From: a virus
IMG/VR virus record: IMGVR_UViG_3300026534_000102
Span: 1-64,000 of that record
DNA length: 64,000 nt
Strand: one strand, 5' to 3'
The notes below the pieces were generated by a model, which was not told the DNA's origin, searched no databases, and saw only the letters and a program-made list of their open reading frames with translations. Below are positions 1-9,702 of the stretch, piece by piece (position 1 is the stretch's first letter; every line of letters begins with the position of its first letter). Position numbers and translations under genes: made by a program.

Positions 1-119
1 TCTTTTTCTATATCTAATTCTTTTTTCAACTCCTTAATTAATTTCCCATTTTTATAAATAATTATAGTTGATACAAAAAAGAATAAAAAAGTAATAATGT
101 TATAAATATAAATCAACAT
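1..119 (-). CDS. small membrane protein, runs off the window edge
   Basis: ATG at 119 overlaps the upstream gene's stop; MLIYIYNIITFLFFFVSTIII hydrophobic stretch followed by a Lys/Glu-rich tail. Confidence 0.5.
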   Translation of the reverse strand, partial: MLIYIYNIITFLFFFVSTIIIYKNGKLIKELKKELDIEK

Positions 120-673
120 TAACTATCCTTTCTACTTTGTTTATACTTTGCATTATAAAACAACCGATCACTAAGATACTCAGCTAATACAACACCTTCC
201 CATTGATGATTTCCAACCATGGAACGAAGAGGTCTAAAATTAAAAAACTGGCTATTCAAGAAACAATGAGAATATCTATCATGAACAATTTTTAAAGTAT
301 CTATATCTAATTCCTTTATTGCAAATAAAGTATTTAAATGAAATAATTGTGTAAATAATTGTTTGTTGTTTTCAACAACTACCTCAGAATCAATCCATTG
401 TCCAGTGTGCGCAACCTCAAACCCATGTTGTCGTAAAAATCGTTTAATACTAAAAATAAATTTTTCTAGACATCTAATAATGATATAATCCTCTTCATAA
501 AAAAAATGCCAAGTAGAATCACCTCTTAAAATTGTATGATTTAATTTTAAAAGCATTTCCCAAACCAAATCTTCTGTCATATCCTTCTTTATTTTAAACA
601 AAACTTCATGTAGTATAACATCATTTTTCGCCGGCTTCTTCATAATCCACCCTTTTTTGATAAGTTCCTTCAA
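119..673 (-). CDS. hypothetical protein (real start probably MKKPAK, near 643)
   Basis: 184-aa ORF in a tightly packed operon. Confidence 0.6.
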   Translation of the reverse strand: MKELIKKGWIMKKPAKNDVILHEVLFKIKKDMTEDLVWEMLLKLNHTILRGDSTWHFFYEEDYIIIRCLEKFIFSIKRFLRQHGFEVAHTGQWIDSEVVVENNKQLFTQLFHLNTLFAIKELDIDTLKIVHDRYSHCFLNSQFFNFRPLRSMVGNHQWEGVVLAEYLSDRLFYNAKYKQSRKDS

Positions 674-1355
674 GTTCTTTTGCCAAAGATAATTTTATTT
701 TTTTCAAATCACCTAATCTAATAACAACCTCATCAAGCTGACCATCATCTATCAGATAACTAATTGTATCTTCAATTAAATTTTTTGGATTAAATTTATT
801 TATTTGAATAAGAGATTTAGATCTAGCTTCAATTTGATCACAAATCATCAAAATAGCAGATTGAACAGAATTAGGTTTTTTTAGTTTATATCTATATTTA
901 TTTTCATCTGTTTCTTTAGATTTTTTGAAAAAATATTGCTGAATCATGTTTCCATGATGTTGAGCAATAATTTCTATTATTTCTCTAGAAAAATTTTTAT
1001 CAAATAACAAAATAGCTACAGAATCAGAAACGTGTCTAGTAATTATGTTATAACTTAAAAATGGAGGTAAATTTTTATGTAAATTTTCATCTTCTAGCTG
1101 GTTTTCAGTAAAAAATTTTGGATTCATAATTTTTCCAATATCATGATATAAAGCTGCAACCTTCATACATTTAATATCTAATCCTAAATCAATACTGATT
1201 CCTTCTATCATAGATGAAAGAGCCTGTGAATGTTTATATGTTCCTGGACAAAGCTCTCTAAACTTTTTTAATAATGGATAAGAAGAATCTAACAAAACAT
1301 CGTAAGTGCTATTTTCTTTAACTTCTTCTGTTGAATCTGTGGGTGCGTCCGTCAT
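621..1355 (-). CDS. HD/HDIG phosphohydrolase, PgpH-like catalytic domain without the 7TM region
   Basis: PGTYKHS, LYHDIGK..P.FFTENQ, IITRHV, IIAQHHG, ILMICD.IEA..SL motifs typical of the 7TM-HD family. Confidence 0.8.
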   Translation of the reverse strand: MTDAPTDSTEEVKENSTYDVLLDSSYPLLKKFRELCPGTYKHSQALSSMIEGISIDLGLDIKCMKVAALYHDIGKIMNPKFFTENQLEDENLHKNLPPFLSYNIITRHVSDSVAILLFDKNFSREIIEIIAQHHGNMIQQYFFKKSKETDENKYRYKLKKPNSVQSAILMICDQIEARSKSLIQINKFNPKNLIEDTISYLIDDGQLDEVVIRLGDLKKIKLSLAKELEGTYQKRVDYEEAGEK

Positions 1356-1367
1356 AAAATCACCGCC

Positions 1368-1550
1368 TTATAATATTTTTTCCTGCAATTCTCCGCCACA
1401 ATCTGCACAAATATAATGTGTTCCAAATTCAACATTTTTTATATATTGAATTTTTGAACATTCTATACAAATAAATCTCTTACCCTTCTCTTTAATTGCT
1501 GCATTTGTTTTAGTTGGTTTTTCTAGTCTACCATTTATTTTATTTGGCAT
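1368..1550 (-). CDS. small zinc-ribbon protein
   Basis: CIEC...CADC; SD-like GGGG before MPNK. Confidence 0.6.
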   Translation of the reverse strand: MPNKINGRLEKPTKTNAAIKEKGKRFICIECSKIQYIKNVEFGTHYICADCGGELQEKIL

Positions 1551-1560
1551 ATTATTCCCC

Positions 1561-2046
1561 TTATTCTGGTAAGTAGTCAAAAAAGCCCGGTTCTACAGAC
1601 ATTAAATAACCACTACTTACCCCGATTGTTTTAGTATTATAATCAATTAAAAACCTATATTTAGGTTTACCATCCCAAACTTTAATACGTTCTTTAATTA
1701 TTTTTTCACCATAATTATAATTTAAAATCAAATTTTTAAATGCTTGTGGGTTTTCATGTCTAAGCCAGATCATGTATCCGGCTTTAGACAATGTCCAAAT
1801 AATTTCTTCTTTCTTCTTAATTAAATCATCAGTTCTATCAATATAAATTTGAAACCACTCTTCATATGGGTCTATTCCAGGTTCTGGAAATTCAAAAAAT
1901 CGAGTGTCTATAACATGAACTACTGTTCCAAATTTGTCTATAATAAACTGAAATTGAATTTTTGAATTTGGATAATGCTCTTTTACTTCGACCCTTAAGG
2001 TTTTAAGAATGATTCTTACCTCATTACACATCTCATCAAATGTCAT
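1561..2046 (-). CDS. hypothetical protein
   Basis: 161-aa ORF, coupled to its neighbours. Confidence 0.6.
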   Translation of the reverse strand: MTFDEMCNEVRIILKTLRVEVKEHYPNSKIQFQFIIDKFGTVVHVIDTRFFEFPEPGIDPYEEWFQIYIDRTDDLIKKKEEIIWTLSKAGYMIWLRHENPQAFKNLILNYNYGEKIIKERIKVWDGKPKYRFLIDYNTKTIGVSSGYLMSVEPGFFDYLPE

Positions 2047-2048
2047 TA

Positions 2049-4001
2049 TTAAACTCCTAATCTCATTTCCTTTTCACAAACAGGGGCTTCCTCAGAGACC
2101 TCATTTTTTAAATTTTCAAATTCAAAAACTATTTCCCCCGACTTAGCAGTTACTTTCACTTTGCTTTTTCTACCTATATCTGTGTTCAATAGCTTCAATG
2201 CCAAGGGGGTAGATACACTCGTTTCAATGTATCTTTTTAATGGCCGAGCTCCGTATTCTTCATCAATGCCTTTTTTATAAATTAAGTTTTTAACTTTACT
2301 ATCAAAACTTAGAGAAACACCACTATATTCTGTAGCATTTGCTTTAAGATATTCATTAAGTTTGTTTAATTCTAATTCAATTATCTTTAAATAGTCTGCT
2401 TTTGTCAGAGTTTTAAAATGAATAACATTATCTAATCGATTTAAAAACTCTGGTTTAAAGGTTTTTCTCAGAGCCCCATCAAGAGCTGCATCTTTTTTTT
2501 CGTCAGTTAACTTAGCTACATCTCCAAAACCTATTGTTTTGCCAATCCTATTTACCTCTTCTACTCCTATGTTAGAAGTCAAGATTATAACAGCATCTCC
2601 AAAGGAAACACTCTTCCCTTTACCATCTGTTAAACGGCCCTCTTCTAAAACTTGTAAGAGGAGCTCATGAACTTTTTTACTTGCCTTTTCTATTTCATCA
2701 AACAATACGATACTAAATGGACGTGCTGCAAGTGCATTCGTAAGAAAACCACCACTTTCATGGCCCACGTATCCCGCCGGCGCCCCAATTAATTTAGAAT
2801 ATTCATGATCGGCCGTATACTCTGAACAATCTACTGTTATAATACCATCCCGTTCTTGAATGAGCTCCTGAGCCAAGACTTTAGAGGCAAGTGTTTTACC
2901 AACACCAGTACGACCTGCAAATAAGAAAGAACCAATTGGTTTTTCAGGGTTTTTTAAGCCAACACTTGCTCTTTGAATTGCACTTACAAGTTCATCTATA
3001 GCCTCATCTTGACCAATTAAAAACTTTTTCATGTTGGTGCCTAACTTTAAAAGAGACTCTTTAGAAACATCTCGAAATCGTTTTGCAGATTCTCTTTTAA
3101 GATAGTCAGTCATAGACGAAGTCTTGTAAGGAGAACGCCCTTTCTTAGTCTTTTTCTTTGAAGAAGGGTCTTCATCTGACAAAACTTGTGCGTTTTCAAA
3201 AGTCAAAAATGGGTTTTCAGACTTACATAAATCATAAAGCTCTTTCATAAGTATTTGCGGCGATACTCTATTCGAAACACCCATACTATCCAAAAGGCGA
3301 AACAAATCTTCAAAGTTTTCCACACAGACAGATACAACAAAAGTAAGGAAACTAACTCGACTATGAAAAAAACGAGATCTTAAAATACTTTCTTCATCTT
3401 TAGCATTGTACTTTTTTATAGTTACATATTGTCCTATACGTTTCCACCACTTTTTAATAAAAGTAGTTTTTAGTTCATCAATATCTTTCAAAGACTCTCT
3501 GGGCAGTTTAGGTCCTTTTTCGTCCTTTGGCGGTTTTGGTGGTTCGGGAGGAGTTTTTTTCTTCTTTTCCTCGTCATATACTTTTTCTATTTCATCATAA
3601 TAATTAGTGCTCCAGTGTTTATTGCTGGTTAGTGGTTTCTCTCCCTTTTTCAATTTCCCATCTGGTCTAATTTTAATGACATAGTTTTGATTAATTACAA
3701 GTACTTTTGGAGACAATAATGGATTAACATCAATAACCGCTTCCATTATTTTCTTTTTAATGGAAACAATACTTAGCCCCGAAGACGCCATTTTATTCAT
3801 ATGATGTAGTAATTGATTTATATTAGCTACACATGTTGCTATAACGAAATCCTCATAAAAACTTTTTGTAATTTGTCCTTTTTCTCGTGCTAAATACGTT
3901 AATTTATCCAGCAAGTCATCTTCCGGAATCCTCAATACCAAAAGATAAAAATCTATTTCCTCAATATATTTTTTGACCACTTCATATTTATCATTGGACA
4001 T
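2049..4001 (-). CDS. ClpB/ClpC-family AAA+ ATPase (D2 module only) with an unrecognised N-terminus
   Basis: IGQDEAI, GSFLFAGRTGVGKT, KLIGAPAGYVGHESGG, VLFDEIEKA, FKPEFLNRLD, YGARPLKR. Confidence 0.9.
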   Translation of the reverse strand: MSNDKYEVVKKYIEEIDFYLLVLRIPEDDLLDKLTYLAREKGQITKSFYEDFVIATCVANINQLLHHMNKMASSGLSIVSIKKKIMEAVIDVNPLLSPKVLVINQNYVIKIRPDGKLKKGEKPLTSNKHWSTNYYDEIEKVYDEEKKKKTPPEPPKPPKDEKGPKLPRESLKDIDELKTTFIKKWWKRIGQYVTIKKYNAKDEESILRSRFFHSRVSFLTFVVSVCVENFEDLFRLLDSMGVSNRVSPQILMKELYDLCKSENPFLTFENAQVLSDEDPSSKKKTKKGRSPYKTSSMTDYLKRESAKRFRDVSKESLLKLGTNMKKFLIGQDEAIDELVSAIQRASVGLKNPEKPIGSFLFAGRTGVGKTLASKVLAQELIQERDGIITVDCSEYTADHEYSKLIGAPAGYVGHESGGFLTNALAARPFSIVLFDEIEKASKKVHELLLQVLEEGRLTDGKGKSVSFGDAVIILTSNIGVEEVNRIGKTIGFGDVAKLTDEKKDAALDGALRKTFKPEFLNRLDNVIHFKTLTKADYLKIIELELNKLNEYLKANATEYSGVSLSFDSKVKNLIYKKGIDEEYGARPLKRYIETSVSTPLALKLLNTDIGRKSKVKVTAKSGEIVFEFENLKNEVSEEAPVCEKEMRLGV

Positions 4002-4018
4002 CTAAAGCTCTCCTTTTA

Positions 4019-5089
4019 TTAGGGATTATTTATTTTTTGGATTACACTAATAGCCTGTGTATGTGTTAAATTTTCAACCGTAGGAATTTCTTCCTTACTT
4101 AAATTTAGTGCTTCTGAAGCCACTTCTTCATAATTTAAGTTCTTCATTTCAATCAACCCTTCAATAGCCACTTTTTGAACGCTTGTAATCATATCTTCGT
4201 TTGCCGAAGTCTCGTTTGGTGTGTTCACTGTAGGCTGCCCTACGTTAGGCTCAGGAACAGCTGGCATAGTAGGTGCAGCAGTTTGTGGCGGTTGCTGCAC
4301 TTGTTCTTTTTTCTTAGCCTTCAACACTCTTTCAGCAGGACTTAAAGGCACATCCTTAGGTCTTGATGGCTGTTGTACTTCTACAGAAGGCGGAATCATT
4401 GGTGCCTCATTTGCGGCTGGAACTTCAACCGCCGGCGCTGACGAAGTATCTGTTTTTGGCACAGCTGCCTCTGATACCTCAGGGATATCAGGGGTTTGAG
4501 GAATTACTGGCGTTTCATTATTCTCAACCACTTCTTGTGTCACTACCGTAGTATTTTCTACAACAGGCGGTACGTTTGGTGGCAAAGGTGCAGCTGGTGG
4601 TGTCTCTACCGCCGCAGCAACAGGTGCCTGTGGTTGTTCTGGTGCTACTGGAGTAGGTGCTGTATTAGTCGTATCCTTTGCTGTATACGGTGTTGGAGGT
4701 GTACTTACAGAAATCTCTGATTCTTCTATATCGCTTTCTTTTAAATGCAAAGCCACCCCTAATTTTTTACAAGCGTCTTTCAATGCTTTAGAATAAGCTG
4801 ATTTGAAAGCATTTCCTGGTTCGTCACCGCTGTTTAAAAGAGCTCCTCCAAATCCTTCCTGAAAAAACCACTCTTTAGACTCAGGATGCTTAATTGTCAC
4901 TCTCACTCTTAAAATTACTTCACTGTTGATTACTTCTTGAAAAACTGCCTCACTTGACCATTCTATACCAAAGACCTGATTCATTCGATCCACTACATCT
5001 TGAAACCTCACAAATTTATAAAAACCACCGCGGCCTCTTCTCGTGGAAAGACTATTAAATGGTTCATATAATTTTTCTAAAATACCCAT
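4019..5089 (-). CDS. Rad52/22 (Sak-like) single-strand annealing protein with a long Pro-rich linker
   Basis: GRGG.YKFV...VVDRMNQVFG.EWS, AFKSAYSKALKDACKKLGV. Confidence 0.8.
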   Translation of the reverse strand: MGILEKLYEPFNSLSTRRGRGGFYKFVRFQDVVDRMNQVFGIEWSSEAVFQEVINSEVILRVRVTIKHPESKEWFFQEGFGGALLNSGDEPGNAFKSAYSKALKDACKKLGVALHLKESDIEESEISVSTPPTPYTAKDTTNTAPTPVAPEQPQAPVAAAVETPPAAPLPPNVPPVVENTTVVTQEVVENNETPVIPQTPDIPEVSEAAVPKTDTSSAPAVEVPAANEAPMIPPSVEVQQPSRPKDVPLSPAERVLKAKKKEQVQQPPQTAAPTMPAVPEPNVGQPTVNTPNETSANEDMITSVQKVAIEGLIEMKNLNYEEVASEALNLSKEEIPTVENLTHTQAISVIQKINNP

Positions 5090-5107
5090 TATTATATCTC
5101 CTCTATT

Positions 5108-5962
5108 TTATATCTCTTTGCTTATATTAATGTCGCAAAATAATTGAGAATTTGAAAAGCGCTTCTCCATTATTTCTATAGCCTCTTTCTTCTCATCAAT
5201 TAAAATACAACTTCTGCCATAACTAATTGCTGCTTGACCAAAAGTACCGCTACCTGCAAAAAGGTCTAACAAAAGACCTTCGGGGTTAGAATGCACTTTA
5301 ACGATTCTTTCCAATAATGCAACAGGTTTTTGTGTAGGATACCCTGTTTTTTCTTTTCCACAGACTATGGTATTCCACCAAACGTCTGTTAATATTTTTC
5401 CTTTAGATGCTTTTTCTTCTGTTACCAACGAAGGCGCCATGTAAGGAACTCGATCCATCTGATTATAATTAAAAATGTAATCGTTGCTATCTTTCACATA
5501 CCACAAAATAGTGTCATGTTTTGCTGGCCATCTGTTCTTAGGTTTAGCACCGTAATCATACGCCCATATAATTTCATTCATAAAGTTAGACTTACCAAAA
5601 ATTGGATCCATTACTTTTACTTTAACATCATGAATTTCTCTATAGTCCAAATGAATAAAAATACTTCCGTTAGGCGTAAGAATCCGATTACACTCTTCTA
5701 TACGTGGGTAGAGAAACTTAGATAAATCTTCAAAAGTATCATTATAACTAATATCTCCAATAACTTCGGCCTTATACAATTTATCTTTATACCCTTTTCG
5801 TTCTCCAACTTCAGAGGGCACCATTTTAAGAGAAACTTTATGTTGCTCTTTCTTAGTATTGAAAGGAGGGTCTGTGTAAATAAGTTGAACCTTAGAACTC
5901 GATAAAGATTTTAGAACTTCTAAATTATCACCTTGAATGATATCTAACGATACTCTACCCAT
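5108..5962 (-). CDS. site-specific DNA methyltransferase (N6A/N4C, beta class)
   Basis: DPPF precedes YPTQKP and LDLFAGSGT. Confidence 0.92.
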   Translation of the reverse strand: MGRVSLDIIQGDNLEVLKSLSSSKVQLIYTDPPFNTKKEQHKVSLKMVPSEVGERKGYKDKLYKAEVIGDISYNDTFEDLSKFLYPRIEECNRILTPNGSIFIHLDYREIHDVKVKVMDPIFGKSNFMNEIIWAYDYGAKPKNRWPAKHDTILWYVKDSNDYIFNYNQMDRVPYMAPSLVTEEKASKGKILTDVWWNTIVCGKEKTGYPTQKPVALLERIVKVHSNPEGLLLDLFAGSGTFGQAAISYGRSCILIDEKKEAIEIMEKRFSNSQLFCDINISKEI

Positions 5963-5973
5963 ATATAAAACCC

Positions 5974-6615
5974 CTACTTATTCAAAAGACCTGCTAAAAT
6001 TTTGTTATTTTCACACATAAGAGCATATTCTCGTTTTCTACGAGCAATCTCATATTTAGCAAATTCACCTTTATCCGACACATAATCTTCAATAAAAGCA
6101 TCTATAATTCTTCCACGAAGATTTTTATAAGAGCACCCAAACTTTGCAACGTCTCTGGGAGACACAGAAAAATTACAGCAGACCATACTATCCTGAGTAT
6201 GTTGTCCAGAATTTGGCAAAGCTTTTCTCAAAACATCTAAAGCAGAAAACACTAAACAATCACAACCAAATGCAGGCATGTTCTGCGTCACTATTACCAA
6301 CACGTTATACTTAAAAGGGCGTATCTGATTCGCAGTATAGTTAGTAACCTTGTAAATGTTTCTAGAAATTTTTGATTTTACCTCAACTCTTATTTCAGTG
6401 TTACCATTAATCGGTTTTATTAATGGAATTACCACATCACATATATTTCTATCGCTGGGTAATGTTCCATTAACGTGCCGCATAACTCGTTTTTCTGCCC
6501 ACCTGCTTGTGGCAGTAATACCCTTGCGAACAATTGGTCTATGCTGAACTTTTCCAATTGTCCGGCCCATTGTAGTCCGATGCCGTTCCGTTGCCATTCC
6601 TTTACTTCTTGTCAT
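5974..6615 (-). CDS. putative PD-(D/E)XK endonuclease, possible partner of the adjacent MTase
   Basis: WAE...CDVVI...VEVKSK; directly upstream of the MTase; SD AAGGAG before MTRSK. Confidence 0.45.
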   Translation of the reverse strand: MTRSKGMATERHRTTMGRTIGKVQHRPIVRKGITATSRWAEKRVMRHVNGTLPSDRNICDVVIPLIKPINGNTEIRVEVKSKISRNIYKVTNYTANQIRPFKYNVLVIVTQNMPAFGCDCLVFSALDVLRKALPNSGQHTQDSMVCCNFSVSPRDVAKFGCSYKNLRGRIIDAFIEDYVSDKGEFAKYEIARRKREYALMCENNKILAGLLNK

Positions 6616-6660
6616 TTTTTTTCTCCTTATGAATTTAATTTTTTCCCTTCCAACAATCAT

Positions 6661-6688
6661 ATTATAATCATTAATTACTATTTGTCAA
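6661..6688 (-). promoter_or_regulatory. sigma70-like promoter TTGACA-N16-TATAAT
   Basis: minus strand TTGACAAATAGTAATTAATGATTATAAT; one of 5 related copies. Confidence 0.75.
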
Positions 6689-7008
6689 GACCAAAATCCA
6701 AAAACCTGTTTTATCTTTGCCCATAACGAAAAAGACGGGCCTTGCTCTTCCATATTAACATAGTGCCTCATCTCAGATATTCCACCATTGGGAACATAAA
6801 TTGATTTTTCGGTTTCAGATATAGTCCCATTAGATACCTCTACAACGTAGTCTACTAAATTATGAAAATAAATATACCCATGTTTATCACACAACGCCGC
6901 TGGAAATCTTCTTAGTTTATGATATTTTTTTCCTTCTTTATTGTATAAACAATGACGAGCATTTATATTCCATAATTTATTTAATTTTCTACCTGTAACG
7001 CTTCTCAT
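6685..7008 (-). CDS. hypothetical protein
   Basis: 107-aa ORF; H.LY...G..YH.L..FPAAL.D..GYI.F pattern. Confidence 0.6.
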   Translation of the reverse strand: MRSVTGRKLNKLWNINARHCLYNKEGKKYHKLRRFPAALCDKHGYIYFHNLVDYVVEVSNGTISETEKSIYVPNGGISEMRHYVNMEEQGPSFSLWAKIKQVFGFWS

Positions 7009-7604
7009 TTTGCCTCCTTTTCCTCGTTCTGTACTTTATATTTATTCCATATTGCCAGATCGTATTCCGCTGGTGTAAACCCCATCCTTTTAGCAAACTT
7101 TAAAACTTTCTTTTCTAATCTTAAATAGGTTTTTTTAGACGCAGGAGTCGATTTAGGCACTTTTTTTACTCCCATTGCTTTTAAATGTTTCAACATATGT
7201 GTATCTAATCCTGCTACCTGAGCATTTTTTCTTGTGTGCAGAATAAAACACCGCGATGTTTTCATACCAATACCATAAATCTGCTCCAATTCTTCTGAAC
7301 TACATGTTTTCAAATCAATATCAGAATGAACAAGTTGATGAAAGGTTCTTGCTTTGTGTGTGTAACAACCTATCCCTGCCCATTTCATTAATTCTGTTAA
7401 AGGTTTAGGAACCTTAGTATTAATAATTTCCCTGATAACTCCAAACGGTGACTTGTTATTATAAGTAGTAGAAGATAAAAGTTTTTCTAAACATCTGGCG
7501 GCGGTGGTTCCGTTTTTGCCGGCCGCACAAATCCAAAAAAGAAGATGCTCTTCCAGTTCTGCATCAGTGAGTTTATAATTTGTAATATTAGCAGGATCTA
7601 TCAT
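7005..7604 (-). CDS. HhH-GPD DNA glycosylase (8-oxoguanine glycosylase-like)
   Basis: HhH motif LEQIYGIGMKTSRCF, catalytic LDTH, YLRLEK...DLAIW. Confidence 0.8.
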   Translation of the reverse strand: MIDPANITNYKLTDAELEEHLLFWICAAGKNGTTAARCLEKLLSSTTYNNKSPFGVIREIINTKVPKPLTELMKWAGIGCYTHKARTFHQLVHSDIDLKTCSSEELEQIYGIGMKTSRCFILHTRKNAQVAGLDTHMLKHLKAMGVKKVPKSTPASKKTYLRLEKKVLKFAKRMGFTPAEYDLAIWNKYKVQNEEKEAK

Positions 7605-7777
7605 AATTCTACCCTTATAGTAACATTTGCTATTTCAGAAATGATACCCATACTGGAAATACGTTCCAATGATATATTTTCTACACGAACACCCGTTTGT
7701 TTCTCATAATTTTTTAGCATTTCTAAAATCGTAGTTTGTAGTTCCCCTTTTAATTTCTTTGCTTTTTGAACATCCAT
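7601..7777 (-). CDS. small hypothetical protein (58 aa, not in the ORF track)
   Basis: MDVQKAKKLKGEL...; SD GAGGAG; TGA overlaps the next ATG. Confidence 0.6.
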   Translation of the reverse strand: MDVQKAKKLKGELQTTILEMLKNYEKQTGVRVENISLERISSMGIISEIANVTIRVEL

Positions 7778-7789
7778 TTTAGTTCTCCT

Positions 7790-8674
7790 CTATAAAAACA
7801 TACCCCTTATATTATTGATTCCGTCTAATCGTGCCTTAGCTACTTTAATAGAGTCAGGATCATTATCTATACCTATAAAACCGCGATTTAGAAGTTTACA
7901 AGCACAACCAGTGGAGCCTGTTCCACAAAAAGGATCTAATACTACTTGTTTTTCGTATGATGTCGTTAGATTAATCAACCACATCATAAGTTTTATTGGC
8001 TTTACTGTTTCGTGTTTATTCTTCACAAGACCATCTATGGTTTTTTCTTTAGATGTAGCCCTTGGAAAGTATTGTAAATTTACGGGTTCTCTTCCGCGTG
8101 AATCTGGAACCCATCCTTTCCTCCCCATTGTTTTGAATGTGTTACTTTTTTTTTCAGACTGATAATGTTTTTTACCAGTTTTGTTGTATTTGTCCATTAT
8201 ACTCGTATGATTACCTTTATATGGCTCTCTTACAACATCGATATTCAATAAATTTGTGTGATATTTTCGCCAATTATGTAGTTCTGAGATTTCTATCTGT
8301 TTTCTAAATACATAGATCGGATTGAAAACGTTTCGTATCCTACTACGAAAAAGACCTTCTGGGGTTTCCAATTTTATCCCTTTCGTATGTGTTCCCTGGT
8401 AATGCCAGACCCACATGTCTCTATATTCGAACTTAGTGGATGACATTACTTTAATTATATCGCATACCATACTTGGTTGACCGAATATTATACAATAACT
8501 GCCTGGTTTCAACACCCTATAACACTCATTCCAAATATCGTTTGACGGAACCGCATTATCCCAATTGGAATTTATCTTAACACCATAAGGAATATCGCTT
8601 ATAAGTACATCAATCGATTCATCATCAAATTTAGATACAGTGTCTTTAGCATCACCAAGAAATAATCTATACAT
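7790..8674 (-). CDS. site-specific DNA methyltransferase (beta class)
   Basis: SDIPY, HETVKP, VLDPFCGTGSTG. Confidence 0.9.
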   Translation of the reverse strand: MYRLFLGDAKDTVSKFDDESIDVLISDIPYGVKINSNWDNAVPSNDIWNECYRVLKPGSYCIIFGQPSMVCDIIKVMSSTKFEYRDMWVWHYQGTHTKGIKLETPEGLFRSRIRNVFNPIYVFRKQIEISELHNWRKYHTNLLNIDVVREPYKGNHTSIMDKYNKTGKKHYQSEKKSNTFKTMGRKGWVPDSRGREPVNLQYFPRATSKEKTIDGLVKNKHETVKPIKLMMWLINLTTSYEKQVVLDPFCGTGSTGCACKLLNRGFIGIDNDPDSIKVAKARLDGINNIRGMFL

Positions 8675-8680
8675 ACCTAT

Positions 8681-9523
8681 TTACACCTCGTCAAAAGTTG
8701 GATTCTTACAAGAAATTAATTTGCGTAATAGAAACTTTAGATTGTCATCTTCATCTTTTAATTTAGGAATAAATGTGTTCTCTGGATCACGCTCTGAAAG
8801 AATTCGTATAATTTTTCTACGCACATCCGAATCGTTTAGTGTATCGAATAGACGATGACAGCCTTTAAAATCTTTATACTCAAATCCCCAATAACTGCCA
8901 TCCACAATCCTATATCTAATTAATTTATTAGTTTTCTGTTCTCTATCTACGAATACAACTAATACATCCATGAATTCATCAAGAATGTCAGATCCATAAA
9001 GATTAATATAATATTCATGAAATTTACAGGGAACAACATCACGCACCTTTACTTCATTAGGGTATATAGTGGCATTAGTTAGTATATATCGATTCTTACT
9101 ATAGGTACCACCATCATGTAATAATTTTACATTAGAATTTTTGTTCTCTATAGCGACTCTGGCTTCAATTGAATATATATCAAAAGGACGTTGACTAGAA
9201 TTTTTTTTCCAACCCCAATCAGGAAATTCCTTTTCTAAATGTTCTCGCATTGAAGAGGAATGTAAATCCTCATACCCATTGCCCAAAACAGTACAATTTA
9301 ACATAAGAAAATCTTCTATAGCAATGGCTGTAATCTCCTTGTTCCCATTTGAATGGACACCATCACATATCTTAATACGGCAAGGGGAGCTTGTTTTAGA
9401 AATACAACCCTTCTCCCTTCTAGTTGAACGTGGCGTTAAATTGCTTCTGCTAATGTGATTACTACTAATAAATCCCACCTCAGTAGTAATAACTTTCTGC
9501 CTCTTACTTTCCATGTTATACAA
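8681..9523 (-). CDS. putative type II restriction endonuclease
   Basis: PFDI...AIENKN (PD...ExK), N.T.YP; immediately upstream of the MTase. Confidence 0.5.
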   Translation of the reverse strand: MYNMESKRQKVITTEVGFISSNHISRSNLTPRSTRREKGCISKTSSPCRIKICDGVHSNGNKEITAIAIEDFLMLNCTVLGNGYEDLHSSSMREHLEKEFPDWGWKKNSSQRPFDIYSIEARVAIENKNSNVKLLHDGGTYSKNRYILTNATIYPNEVKVRDVVPCKFHEYYINLYGSDILDEFMDVLVVFVDREQKTNKLIRYRIVDGSYWGFEYKDFKGCHRLFDTLNDSDVRRKIIRILSERDPENTFIPKLKDEDDNLKFLLRKLISCKNPTFDEV

Positions 9524-9579
9524 TCTCCTTTCTTATTTTGAGGTTATCTTATATCAAAGCCACCTATACCTTACACATA

Positions 9580-9607
9580 AACATAATCATTAAATTCCAT
9601 TTGTCAA
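9580..9607 (-). promoter_or_regulatory. promoter, repeated motif
   Basis: TTGACAAATGGAATTTAATGATTATGTT. Confidence 0.65.
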
Positions 9608-9623
9608 GCCCGTCATAAACCCG

Positions 9624-9662
9624 AAAAAGGCCATGAAGTAGCTATTCTACTACTGCATGGCC
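9624..9662 (-). terminator. intrinsic terminator after the LamG gene
   Basis: GGCCATG..AGTAG-AATAG-CTACT.CATGGCC followed by TTTTT. Confidence 0.65.
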
Positions 9663-9702
9663 CATTTTGTATCGCTTGTTGATATGTCTATACCTATCTT
9701 TC

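Noticed and set aside
4200-4700. Locally GC-rich segment suggesting foreign DNA
   Set aside because: It is explained by Pro/Ala/Thr/Val codons in the Rad52-like linker.
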